From an uncultured bacterium (GTDB lineage Bacteria; Babelota; Babeliae; Babelales; Vermiphilaceae): a DNA stretch of 64,000 bases. The first letter of the stretch is position 1. Every line of letters starts with the position of its first letter. Both the position numbers and the translations under genes were made by a program. The notes below the pieces were generated by a model. The model made no database searches. It worked only from the letters and a program-made list of their open reading frames with translations, and was not told the DNA's origin. Shown here piece after piece: positions 22,115 through 31,213 of this stretch. The DNA lies in contig CAVSFC010000002.1 of assembly GCA_963727255.1 (NCBI GenBank), forward strand, positions 640,001-704,000, in the 5' to 3' direction.

Positions 22115-22361
22115 GGAACTTACACCTAAGAATTACCAACCAAAATGTTGCCAAGAAAGAGAGTACCAGAGTTATTGGCTGAATGGAAGGTAATGCTAAC
22201 AGATAAATTCCTGCGGCCAGCAAAAAGCAAAATCGGAGTAGGGTGAAGGCAATATGGGTAAAAAGCGAAGGAGCTCCCCTTCTTGATTGCAAGAAGAGGA
22301 GCCCATATATAGATCCGATTAAAATTCCGGCACTGATTGAAAGGAAGATTGACTTGAGCAT
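22089..22361 (-). CDS. AtpI/AtpR-like small membrane protein
   Basis: Three TM segments, 'LLRF' motif, immediately upstream of and overlapping atpB. Confidence 0.55.
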   Translation of the reverse strand: MLKSIFLSISAGILIGSIYGLLFLQSRRGAPSLFTHIAFTLLRFCFLLAAGIYLLALPSIQPITLVLSFLATFWLVILRCKFHGYWPTQR

Positions 22362-22382
22362 AGGTATTTTTTTAGGAAATTC

Positions 22383-22465
22383 GCTCGAATGGTTCGACAG
22401 GCTCACCACGAGCGGACAGAGTTTATATTTCCCGCTCGTCCTGAGCTCGTCGAAGGATTCGAGTG
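22383..22465. repeat. Palindromic REP-like doublet
   Basis: TTCGACAGGCTCACCACGAGCGG ... CCGCTCGTCCTGAGCTCGTCGAA inverted arms in the intergenic gap. Confidence 0.75.
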
Positions 22466-22477
22466 GGAATAATTCCC

Positions 22478-23896
22478 TTAAAGCTTTTTAATGCCCTTAT
22501 AATGCCAGTATTCCGAAACGATTGCCGGACAGCCGGTTACAACAACCAAGCCATGGCGTTCATCAACGGTTTTTTGTGCTGCTTCGAAAGCTTCTTTAAA
22601 GGTTTTTGCAGAGCGAGCTTTAATTTTCATGCTCTTAATATCATTGGTTGCTTTTTCAACATCCCATGATGCGCCTGCATGTTGGCCAGGAACCGGAGTT
22701 ACTGGGCATACAATTACTTGACCAGAAGTTTTCTTGAAGAAATAACGGAGTAATTTCAAGAACTCAGTAAGATCTAGCTCTGGATTATTGCAACCGAGTA
22801 CCAAGGTGATGCCTTTAATAGGCTTTTGGTAATGGAGCAAGCGAATTCCAAGAAGGAGATTTTTGAATGCATCAAGATTACTTGCATTATCAAGTAAGAC
22901 GCTTGGTTTTTCTTTATCAAGAAGTTGGAAACGTGCTGGCAATAAATTAGAAGTTTCTTTCCAAAATTGCTCAACCGTTTTCTTAGGGTTCAATTCTGAT
23001 TGACGTTTTGCTTCTAAGGTTGGGCGACCGCGTTGGCCTTTTTGCTTGCTGAGCAACGTGTTTGCAATTACGGTTTCGCTGTTCATAAAGCCGTTTACAT
23101 AGGTATGAGCGATGCGTTCAGCTAATGCTGCGCAACGGCCATGCAATTGTTCCATAGGATAGGGCAATGCTGCCAATTTACGGATTGGCATGGACCAGAC
23201 GCCATTTTTTTCTTTTACTAAATCATGCATCACTTGCAGATTTAATTTGCTTTGATCTGCAGATACCACATACGTATTTGGCTTAACGATGCCAAAAATA
23301 TCTATGATCGCATCTTTTACCAATGCTTCATCATCACAAGTGACGCGAGTAATCGCAGCAATTTTTGGTGAACAGATATTGGTTGCATTGAAAGTACCGC
23401 CTTCGCTTACTTCAAGTACTGCAACGTCAACATCATTATTTTTGAAAAAGAGTAACGCCATAATGGTCAGAAATTCAAATGAATTTGGGTTTAATCCCAA
23501 AGATTCTGCCATGTTGATGACATCGTTACCTAATTCGGTAAACGTTTTATTTGATATCGTTTCGTTGTTAATTGATAAGCGCTCATTATAGGTAAGAATG
23601 TGTGGCGCGTAGAACGTACCAACTTTCAAACCTTCTTCGCGCAATAATTGGGCAGCATAGTTGATGGTAAGCGATTTGCCATTTGTTCCAGCAACTAAGA
23701 CACAATTTAACTTTGACGGGTTACTAAATGCTTGATCGAGTTTTTTAATCACTGCAAGATTTTTATCAGCAGTGTTGGTTTGCCAATTGGCATCTAAAAA
23801 CTCAACAATTTCATTGTAACTGCGTTGCTTGCCCAGCGCTACCGTTTCCTTGGTAGAAAGCTGTTTGTTAGTATTCGTTTTCATATCATTCTCCAT
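22478..23896 (-). CDS. Divergent FolC/Mur-ligase family protein
   Basis: VAGTNGK, 'PHILTYNER', 'FEFLT', 'VLEV.EGG..ATN', 'LPARFQ', 'LDNASN'. Confidence 0.75.
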   Translation of the reverse strand: MENDMKTNTNKQLSTKETVALGKQRSYNEIVEFLDANWQTNTADKNLAVIKKLDQAFSNPSKLNCVLVAGTNGKSLTINYAAQLLREEGLKVGTFYAPHILTYNERLSINNETISNKTFTELGNDVINMAESLGLNPNSFEFLTIMALLFFKNNDVDVAVLEVSEGGTFNATNICSPKIAAITRVTCDDEALVKDAIIDIFGIVKPNTYVVSADQSKLNLQVMHDLVKEKNGVWSMPIRKLAALPYPMEQLHGRCAALAERIAHTYVNGFMNSETVIANTLLSKQKGQRGRPTLEAKRQSELNPKKTVEQFWKETSNLLPARFQLLDKEKPSVLLDNASNLDAFKNLLLGIRLLHYQKPIKGITLVLGCNNPELDLTEFLKLLRYFFKKTSGQVIVCPVTPVPGQHAGASWDVEKATNDIKSMKIKARSAKTFKEAFEAAQKTVDERHGLVVVTGCPAIVSEYWHYKGIKKL

Positions 23897-24255
23897 GGTT
23901 AGAATACTTATTTTTACGCATTACTTACCGGGTAAGTATGGTTACATATTCTAGGATAAACTTCAGGGTAAAAATGTCAAACAATAAATTTTCATTGGAA
24001 TGATACAGGTTTATTTACAAAAGATAAAAAGAGAAAGTAAAGCTTTAGCTTTTTGAGTTATTAAATCTTTCATAATAGCCTCTGGAAGGCTTATTTGGAG
24101 ATTTTAAAGGATTGGCATTCAAGTCTTTTAGATGCCAGAAAAAAGTCAAAAATCTCAAAAAAAACTTTCTATTAGAAACATTTGTATTGATAAGATTCGC
24201 AAATGAGCAATACCTGCTGTCAATTGGGGTATCGGTAAATGCTATTTAAAGTTTT

Positions 24256-24528
24256 CTACCTGAATGCACGTTCTATTACTTGAATAACTTTATCACTTGC
24301 GACGATTCCTGATACTCCTGCAGCAATCAGCGCCACCCCAAGAATGGTATCAAAAAGCCGGTGGCTAAAATCATTCTGATAACGGTATATCAAATGTGCT
24401 CCCATAGAAGTGAGTATGAGGCCGGCCCCCATTATTCCCCATGTTCGAATTTCATGGGTACTTGCCGCATGCATGTTACTGGCACTTGTCGCAATCAATC
24501 CAACTAAAATTAGTTTTCTCATTAACAT
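24256..24528 (-). CDS. Small exported/membrane hypothetical protein
   Basis: GGGAG RBS, signal peptide, two TM segments. Confidence 0.6.
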   Translation of the reverse strand: MLMRKLILVGLIATSASNMHAASTHEIRTWGIMGAGLILTSMGAHLIYRYQNDFSHRLFDTILGVALIAAGVSGIVASDKVIQVIERAFR

Positions 24529-24625
24529 ACGTATTCTCCCTTTAAAAAATATCTTTTTCATCTTTGCACTAATGCTTGACTTTGAGCAATGCTTTGGCTT
24601 AAAGCTAAGAAAAAAAGGAATAAAA

Positions 24626-25102
24626 ATGTTCAGAAAAAAAGGTTTTTCACTCATTGAGTTGATGATTGTAATAGCTATTATTGCCGTGCTCTCCATGATA
24701 GCGGTTCCCAATTTTATGAAATATCTAGCGAAAGCAAAACGTGCAGAAGCATATATGCAATTAAGCTCGATCTATGCTGCGCAAAAAGCCTATTGGGCAG
24801 AAAATGGCAAATATGGCACTCAGTTATCCGGCCAAGGGGGCATTGGTTGGAGCCCTGAAGGATATGCCGGTGGCGGTTCAGGTGAAAAATTTTATTATAC
24901 GTATGGTTTTGGCGGTTCTGAAGGAACCAACTATTTTACCGGTAAATTAGGCACATCGAGCAATTATTTAAATCAAGCATACGCGAATGAAAATGGCTTT
25001 CTTGCAATTGCGGTTGGCGATATTGATGGTGACGGCTATCCTGATATTCTGGCAGTTGATCAGAATAATACCATTACTATTTTGCAGGATGATTTAGCAT
25101 AA
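24626..25102 (+). CDS. pilA: Type IV pilin
   Basis: KKG|FSLIELMIVIAII class III signal peptide; AAGGA RBS. Confidence 0.92.
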   Translation: MFRKKGFSLIELMIVIAIIAVLSMIAVPNFMKYLAKAKRAEAYMQLSSIYAAQKAYWAENGKYGTQLSGQGGIGWSPEGYAGGGSGEKFYYTYGFGGSEGTNYFTGKLGTSSNYLNQAYANENGFLAIAVGDIDGDGYPDILAVDQNNTITILQDDLA

Positions 25103-25112
25103 AGGAGATCTA

Positions 25113-25610
25113 ATGCATAAATTAGCGTTTCTTTTGCTCAGTTGTTTGATGATGAGCCCGTGTGTTGCCATGATTCGCAAGTATTCTCGGGAAACTTTAC
25201 TTGCCATTGGAAAACAATATGAACAAAATGAAAAAAGTGATCAATTTAGCCAGATTATAAAAATTAAAGATATCATGTACCAGGCCAATAAGAATTCTCA
25301 ATACACGCAACGTGTTGAGCTTAAATATAGTGCGCCAGTAGGATTAATAACTAATCTTATTATTTGCATGAAAGGGTGGCAACTCCAACTTATTCCTAAA
25401 CGATCTGCAGATTTAGAAATTACGTTTAAAGTACTCACTACTGATGATTGCTTAAAGAAGGTTATTAATGAGCGAGCTAAGTTTTATCCTCATTCAGAAG
25501 ATCTACTGATTGTTCCACCCCCTTCTTGCGCACAAGAAACTGGTGAGTGTATTGTTGAATATCCATCACATCTTAAATTTTTTATGGAATGTGTGCAAAT
25601 TGTAGAATAA
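25113..25610 (+). CDS. Secreted hypothetical protein with N-terminal YxxxxLL motif
   Basis: AAGGAG RBS; signal ...PCVA|MIRKYSRETLL. Confidence 0.7.
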   Translation: MHKLAFLLLSCLMMSPCVAMIRKYSRETLLAIGKQYEQNEKSDQFSQIIKIKDIMYQANKNSQYTQRVELKYSAPVGLITNLIICMKGWQLQLIPKRSADLEITFKVLTTDDCLKKVINERAKFYPHSEDLLIVPPPSCAQETGECIVEYPSHLKFFMECVQIVE

Positions 25611-25697
25611 TACTGATAATTTGACTCTTCATGCATTTCTGGCACGATTTCCAATAGAAAATAGTTGCTATTTATCTATTACATCGTTTGGATATTC

Positions 25698-26324
25698 ATG
25701 CCTCAGTTTTTTACGAAACCTATTATCTGTATACTGCTTGCACTGTTGATTTTTTCAAATCAGTCAAATGCTATGCAACATTCAATCGGGGTAGAAACGA
25801 ATAGATCCCGATTAGTGCAATGGCTTATCGATCATAAAATAGCAATCGCTACTTGCAGTGCCGCATGTGCTGTTGGCGCGTATGTGGCGTATAATTACGA
25901 GCCCAAAAAAAAGAAGTTGATAAAGGTTCTCACTTCAAATCCTGTTATTCATTTACAATGTAGTAAAAAACATCTGCAAAATATTGATCACAAGAGATCG
26001 TTCACTAATCAGACCGTGCATACCTATCAATCGGCAGCTGTGGATGAGATTGATATAACTAGTTTTATACAAAAAGGTCGGATTTATTTAGTGGAAAATA
26101 AAAAGCAGAAAGAGTTAGCGATCGCCATGATTAAAATTGCGCATTCGCAGAAAGATTTGGATACTCTCGAGACTGCAGTGATCCATAAAGAGAACACAGT
26201 ATCGGTGTATTCAAAATACAAAGATGGCAGTGATGAAGTTGAAGGAATGGTTGATTGTGTTATCGAATATTCAAACTATGTTGAGTTGGAAGTTTCTGCT
26301 TCACAGATTCTAAAACAAGAATAG
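25698..26324 (+). CDS. Secreted/membrane-anchored hypothetical protein (A|MQ type)
   Basis: Signal ...QSNA|MQ, internal TM, C-terminus resembles the preceding gene. Confidence 0.65.
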   Translation: MPQFFTKPIICILLALLIFSNQSNAMQHSIGVETNRSRLVQWLIDHKIAIATCSAACAVGAYVAYNYEPKKKKLIKVLTSNPVIHLQCSKKHLQNIDHKRSFTNQTVHTYQSAAVDEIDITSFIQKGRIYLVENKKQKELAIAMIKIAHSQKDLDTLETAVIHKENTVSVYSKYKDGSDEVEGMVDCVIEYSNYVELEVSASQILKQE

Positions 26325-26337
26325 TCTGGGATATTAT

Positions 26338-27099
26338 CTAGCGTAATAGCAGCGCAATCAGTTGATCTTGATATAAAACATAGAAGATTGCGCCAATTGC
26401 TAAGAAAGGTCCGAACGGAATTTTGATACTGCTTTTTTTCCGAGAAACAACGATATAGATAATACCGAGTAGGGCACCGATGGTTGATGCTAGCATCAGC
26501 GTAATCCAACAGCCCCATGGCCCTATGAATGCGCCGATAAAGGCAAGCAATTCAAGATCTCCCTGACCCATGCCCTGTTTGCTGGTAAACCATGCAAATA
26601 ATTTTGCAGAACCAAGTAAGACCAAATAGCCAAATATGCTTCCAAAAATACTGTGCACGAGTGAAATTGGTAAAAATCCCAGAGAGGCAAAAAGAAATCC
26701 GAGAGGAATTAAAAATATGGTAGCAAATCGGGAAATCAGCATCGATTCAAAATCACTGCGGATGGTTACAATCAAGGCAGAAAAGAAAATAAAATAGGCG
26801 AGCCAATAATGGGAATCCACTGAATTTAGAAGAGCGAGCATAGCGATAAGCGTTATCAGCTCAATGAATGGATAAAGCCAGGATATGGGATTTTTGCAGT
26901 AACGGCATTTTCCGCAGAGTATGATGAAAGAAAAGAGGGGAATATTATCGTACCAAGCAAGCGGATGCTTGCAATGGGGGCAATATGATCCGGGGGTGAT
27001 GATGCTTTTCCAATGGATAAGCCGATAGCCGACCACATTTAAAAAAGAGCCCCATGCCAGAAGCAGAAGAGAAATTATTACTAATCCGAAGAATCCGAT
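26338..27099 (-). CDS. pilD: Prepilin peptidase/N-methyltransferase (A24)
   Basis: GSFLNVV, CPHC..CRYC, 'GMGQGD', 'IPFGPFL'; frame stays open to ATC at 27099. Confidence 0.92.
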   Translation of the reverse strand: MGFFGLVIISLLLLAWGSFLNVVGYRLIHWKSIITPGSYCPHCKHPLAWYDNIPLFSFIILCGKCRYCKNPISWLYPFIELITLIAMLALLNSVDSHYWLAYFIFFSALIVTIRSDFESMLISRFATIFLIPLGFLFASLGFLPISLVHSIFGSIFGYLVLLGSAKLFAWFTSKQGMGQGDLELLAFIGAFIGPWGCWITLMLASTIGALLGIIYIVVSRKKSSIKIPFGPFLAIGAIFYVLYQDQLIALLLR

Positions 27100-27455
27100 G
27101 AGTCTTCTCCTTTAATTTTTTCAAGTATCCCCTCAATGCGCTGCTGCTTTTCAAATTGATCATCATATTTAAAGACCAATTCCGGAGTATAACGAGCATT
27201 AATCGATTGCGCGAGCGCGCGGCGTAATGAAGCTTTATATAGCAAGATAAATGGCAATTTTTCTTTGAATTCTGCCGGCCCACCAGGCGTATAAAAATAG
27301 ACCGTTGCATGGCTTTTATCATCAGAAAGCTTCACCCTGTTAACGGCAACCCCTTGGAGGCGTTTATCGTCCAGAGTAGTCTGAGAAAAAAGTTGCGCAA
27401 TAGCACGAAAAAGAAGTGATTCTTTTTGTGATTTTTTGATTGAGGATACGCTCAT
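27081..27455 (-). CDS. rbfA: Ribosome-binding factor A
   Basis: 'VKLSDD..HATVYF', 'RYTPELVFKYD'. Confidence 0.9.
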   Translation of the reverse strand: MSVSSIKKSQKESLLFRAIAQLFSQTTLDDKRLQGVAVNRVKLSDDKSHATVYFYTPGGPAEFKEKLPFILLYKASLRRALAQSINARYTPELVFKYDDQFEKQQRIEGILEKIKGEDSSDSSD

Positions 27456-27467
27456 GAATCAGTCCTT

Positions 27468-27520
27468 GGAGGGGCTCCCAGCCTTTGCATAAGAGCTTTG
27501 CGGGGCAGCTCAGGGAGAGC
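27468..27520. repeat. GC-rich REP-like hairpin
   Basis: GGCTCCC-AGCCTTTGCATAAGAGCTTTGCGGGGCAGCT-GGGAGAGC, similar to 34521-34553. Confidence 0.5.
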
Positions 27521-27730
27521 TTAGGAAGGTTTGTTGCCGATCATACGCATCAGATTTTGTTTAATTGCGCGAACCAAGCGTTTGCGGCGTTTTTGAGTTG
27601 GGGATTCAAAGTAGACCGTACGTTTCATATCGCGAACAACTCCTTCGCGTTCAATTTTCTTTTTGAGTTGTTTGAGCGCACGTTCAACGTTTGAACTTAC
27701 GTAGACTGAAATATTAGACTTTTTTGACAT
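27521..27730 (-). CDS. rpsU: 30S ribosomal protein S21
   Basis: 'VERALKQLKKKIEREG...YFESPTQKRRK'. Confidence 0.92.
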   Translation of the reverse strand: MSKKSNISVYVSSNVERALKQLKKKIEREGVVRDMKRTVYFESPTQKRRKRLVRAIKQNLMRMIGNKPS

Positions 27731-27827
27731 AGCAGGTCGTCGGCCTTTCTTTTTTAGTTTGTTAAATTTCTGATGACTCTTTGTATTTTAAGTAAATTTA
27801 AGGCTATTGTCTATCCTAGCTCGTAAA

Positions 27828-29504
27828 TTAAGCCATTTTAGACGCAAGAAGCTTATTCCAAAGATTCTCTACCGATTCGCTAATAATCGCATAGCTTTGA
27901 GAATGGTAGCCTCCAGAAAGTACCATCAAAATTGGAATATTGCGCGAGAGCGCTTGGGTAAATACCACTTCATCTCGTTCGATAATGCCCGCTTTGGTAA
28001 GGGACATGCCGCCGATTGGATCTTGGTAGTAAACATCAGTTCCTGCATTATAAATGATCATATTTGGTTTTACCAGATCGATAGCTTTTGGTAATTCATC
28101 TTTGAGCAGTTTGAGATAGATAATATCGTTAGTTTTACGGCCATCTACAGGAAAATTAAAATTGATTCGTTCTTGGCATGCAAAATCGCCAGGCCATGTT
28201 TTGCCGTTATAGATATCAAAAATCGCAATCTGTTTATCATTGCGCGCAACTTCTTCATGGCCATTTCCTTGGTGAGCGTCTAAATCAACGATGAGAATGC
28301 GCAATTCAGGATGTTTCATGAGCACTTTACGGGCTGCAATACAAATATCATTGATGATGCAAAAACCGCCGTTTACTGGCTTAGTGCTCTTGGCATGGTG
28401 ATATCCGCCCGAGAGATTAATTGCCCAACCGTGTTCAAGAGCTAAATCGGCTCCTAAAATAGTACCACCCGTGGCTAATTTTACCGGATCAAGCAGTGCT
28501 TTTTGTGCAAAACTATTTGGCAATAATCCTAAGATTGGCATATCCGCGATCAATCCAAGGGTCAAAGAGCTTTTTAATGAGTTTAAATAGTCTTGCGTAT
28601 GAACCAAGAGAAGATCTTGATCAGTAACGCTTGTTGGCGTATAGAACTGCTGGCGAGTTAAGGCGAACTTATCCAATATATACTTAGAAACTTTTCCATA
28701 CTTTTTTGTGTCAAAAGGATGCAAATTTTCAAGCCCACCGAAGGTGATATCATAATTTGCATCAAAGATTATCGGAAGCTTTTCAAGCTTATTAACGGGT
28801 TTGAACTCACTCGCTTGTTTAAAGTAATTAGAATCTTTTGCCGAGCTAGAAGCGAGTGATGGAGCTGGCAATTGGGATACTATCGTTTTCATAATAGCAT
28901 CATATTTGTTATCAGGCGTAAGTGCTGGAGCTGGTGGACAAATATCTTTTGAATGCAAAAGCTCATAACCATTATTTGCAATCGTTGAAGCGCTTATAGC
29001 ATTGCGACCACTATAATTTTTATCGATTTTCGAGTGAGAGAGTAAAGATTGCGTGATTGTAAATTGATTATCAATAGCATCAGCATCGAAAGATTTTACA
29101 ACCTGATGTCCAAAGAGCAACGGCAAGCTTGAAATGCCCGCAGTGATTGCCAACGGATACCAAGATCCGGTATACAGTGAAGCGAGACCGCCGAGTGCTA
29201 CACCCGCGCCAAATAGATATTTAGAAAGATTGAAAGTGGTATTGATATATGATTGTGATTTGATAATTGTGCTATTAAGCTGTGCGATAGATCGCATTAA
29301 TGGGTTCCAATCGGTGGCAGCAAAATCTGTATCTGAAGTAGTTCCATGGGCATTGATATCAGCCCCTTGGCTTATTGCTTGTTGTGCAGCCTGAACATCA
29401 TGGCTTTCGATTGCGGTAAACAGATTTTTGGTAGGATCGGCTTGGAGTGCAATGGTGCTGCAAAAAATAGCCAGTACGAGCAATTGTTTCAATTGAGCTA
29501 ACAT
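27828..29504 (-). CDS. Secreted ankyrin + TM hairpin + HDAC11-like deacylase
   Basis: Signal peptide; ankyrin 'GADIN..NPLM'; LHPFD, GGYHHA, DLDAHQGNG, YNAGTD, SGGY. Confidence 0.9.
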   Translation of the reverse strand: MLAQLKQLLVLAIFCSTIALQADPTKNLFTAIESHDVQAAQQAISQGADINAHGTTSDTDFAATDWNPLMRSIAQLNSTIIKSQSYINTTFNLSKYLFGAGVALGGLASLYTGSWYPLAITAGISSLPLLFGHQVVKSFDADAIDNQFTITQSLLSHSKIDKNYSGRNAISASTIANNGYELLHSKDICPPAPALTPDNKYDAIMKTIVSQLPAPSLASSSAKDSNYFKQASEFKPVNKLEKLPIIFDANYDITFGGLENLHPFDTKKYGKVSKYILDKFALTRQQFYTPTSVTDQDLLLVHTQDYLNSLKSSLTLGLIADMPILGLLPNSFAQKALLDPVKLATGGTILGADLALEHGWAINLSGGYHHAKSTKPVNGGFCIINDICIAARKVLMKHPELRILIVDLDAHQGNGHEEVARNDKQIAIFDIYNGKTWPGDFACQERINFNFPVDGRKTNDIIYLKLLKDELPKAIDLVKPNMIIYNAGTDVYYQDPIGGMSLTKAGIIERDEVVFTQALSRNIPILMVLSGGYHSQSYAIISESVENLWNKLLASKMA

Positions 29505-29624
29505 TGATATAACCTCTAAAAAATATTTAAATTATTTCTAATTTAATTATTGCATTGAGAACGATTATTGTCAATCGAGTTGGCTTGTGCTATTTGTTTT
29601 CAAATAGAATTAAATAAATAATGC

Positions 29625-31031
29625 TTAGCTATATTTCTTGAGTAAGCAGTTGCTAAACCGCCCATTCGGATCATATTTCTTCTTGAGCTTTAAGAACTCC
29701 TTAAAGCGAGGGTAAGCTTTTTCAATCTGATTTTGCGTACCAAAAAGCTGGTAAGGCAGATAATAGGTGCCCCCGAGCTCCAAGGCGGCATCAATCAATT
29801 TTTGGGTCCAAGCCTGGGCTTCTGCAAGGCCTTCCTGTGTATTTAAGATATTAATATAAAACACGAGGGAAAATCGCTCACTGCCTGCATATGAGAGCAG
29901 TGATTCATTATTCTGAGGAATATAGCGAATAGAGATATTCACGATATTAATATCGGCAGTTTTGGCCCAAAAGCGTACTTCTTCTATAAAGGGAAGCAAC
30001 TGTTTAATAGGTATAAAATACTCTTGCAATACAGTGGTTGTTGGAAACCGTAACACCGGTTCCAAGGTGTTAACGGTGCTACTCATCTCATGATTTCGAG
30101 TAACAACCTTATTGCTTTGCTTAGCATCTAAGGAAGGCCGCAATTTATGCAAGAAAGCAAGACGCCGCAATGCTTGCTCGCCCAGCGCATGCAGAGGATA
30201 GAATGGTTTTGGCTCTTGCAACGGCTGGGTAATGGTGAGTGGTTTATCTGTTTTATACCAGCTAACACTTGAAGCTATTTTAAAATCGGTTGGATAGAGA
30301 TTGGTATTATGAAAAACAATTTTTGGATTATTCTTAATCGTTTTCAAGAAAAATTCTGGGTATTCTTCGATTGGCATTTGTTTAATCACCTGTTCGATAG
30401 CATAATTATCGGTGAGAGAAATAGTTGCTTCAGCAATGATTCCGAGTGCGCCATAGCCTCCAATCGCACCGGCAAATAGATCAGCATTCTCGGTACGGCT
30501 TGCAGTAACAAGAGTGCCATCGGCAAGAAGCACTTTAATTGATTTGATGGTCTCAATAAGCGGGCCATGATGAATGTCTCTGCCGTGCACGTTTACGCTC
30601 AATGAGCCGCCGACGGTAAAATCATTATACGATTGCATCACTTTGACTGAGAGATTATGCGGATTGATATATGCTTGAATAGCTCTCCACGTGATTCCCG
30701 TTTCAACGGTAATCTCTTTTGCAGCCGCATCAAAATGCTTGATCGCATCGAAGCCAGTCATATCAATTACAATCCCATCGGGATAGGCGATCTGCCCGCC
30801 TTGGCTATAGCGGCCACCAGCGATAGCAATCGGCTTAGTGCTGGAAGTAACTACATTCTTTAATGCTGGCAGCGTGGTTGGTTTATGAAGTGCATCGATG
30901 GGAATTACGCTTGTTTGGCTTATATCAGTGATAGTTAACCGAGGATCAAACCAGGTGAAAGGGTTCAGAATAGCGATCGCTGGGGCAGATAAGCTGAGTA
31001 AACAGCTTAAGAAAATCTTATTGAGATTCAT
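29625..31031 (-). CDS. Secreted FAD-binding oxidoreductase (VAO/PCMH; ALO/DprE1-like)
   Basis: 'AGGRYSQGG', 'TVGGSLSVNVHG', 'GGYGALGII', 'KYDPNGRFSN'; signal peptide from ATG 31031. Confidence 0.85.
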   Translation of the reverse strand: MNLNKIFLSCLLSLSAPAIAILNPFTWFDPRLTITDISQTSVIPIDALHKPTTLPALKNVVTSSTKPIAIAGGRYSQGGQIAYPDGIVIDMTGFDAIKHFDAAAKEITVETGITWRAIQAYINPHNLSVKVMQSYNDFTVGGSLSVNVHGRDIHHGPLIETIKSIKVLLADGTLVTASRTENADLFAGAIGGYGALGIIAEATISLTDNYAIEQVIKQMPIEEYPEFFLKTIKNNPKIVFHNTNLYPTDFKIASSVSWYKTDKPLTITQPLQEPKPFYPLHALGEQALRRLAFLHKLRPSLDAKQSNKVVTRNHEMSSTVNTLEPVLRFPTTTVLQEYFIPIKQLLPFIEEVRFWAKTADINIVNISIRYIPQNNESLLSYAGSERFSLVFYINILNTQEGLAEAQAWTQKLIDAALELGGTYYLPYQLFGTQNQIEKAYPRFKEFLKLKKKYDPNGRFSNCLLKKYS

Positions 31032-31213
31032 AAGTAACCTTCCATTAATACCATTTATGGTGATTATTAGTAAGTCTAACTTGCTGGTAAAATAAGGCAA
31101 ATCTATAAATATTTTCAAATTAAAATTGATTGCTCGATAGAAATTACTGGCATTTGTGCTATGATTAGTAAATAAGGCAGTTTGAGCTAATTTCTAAACG
31201 TTAAAGGTTATGT

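Noticed and set aside
24410..24625. N-terminal extensions of the pilin ORF and of the opposite ORF to 24711
   Set aside because: RBS-supported starts are at 24626 (+) and 24528 (-); the extensions cross a divergent promoter region.
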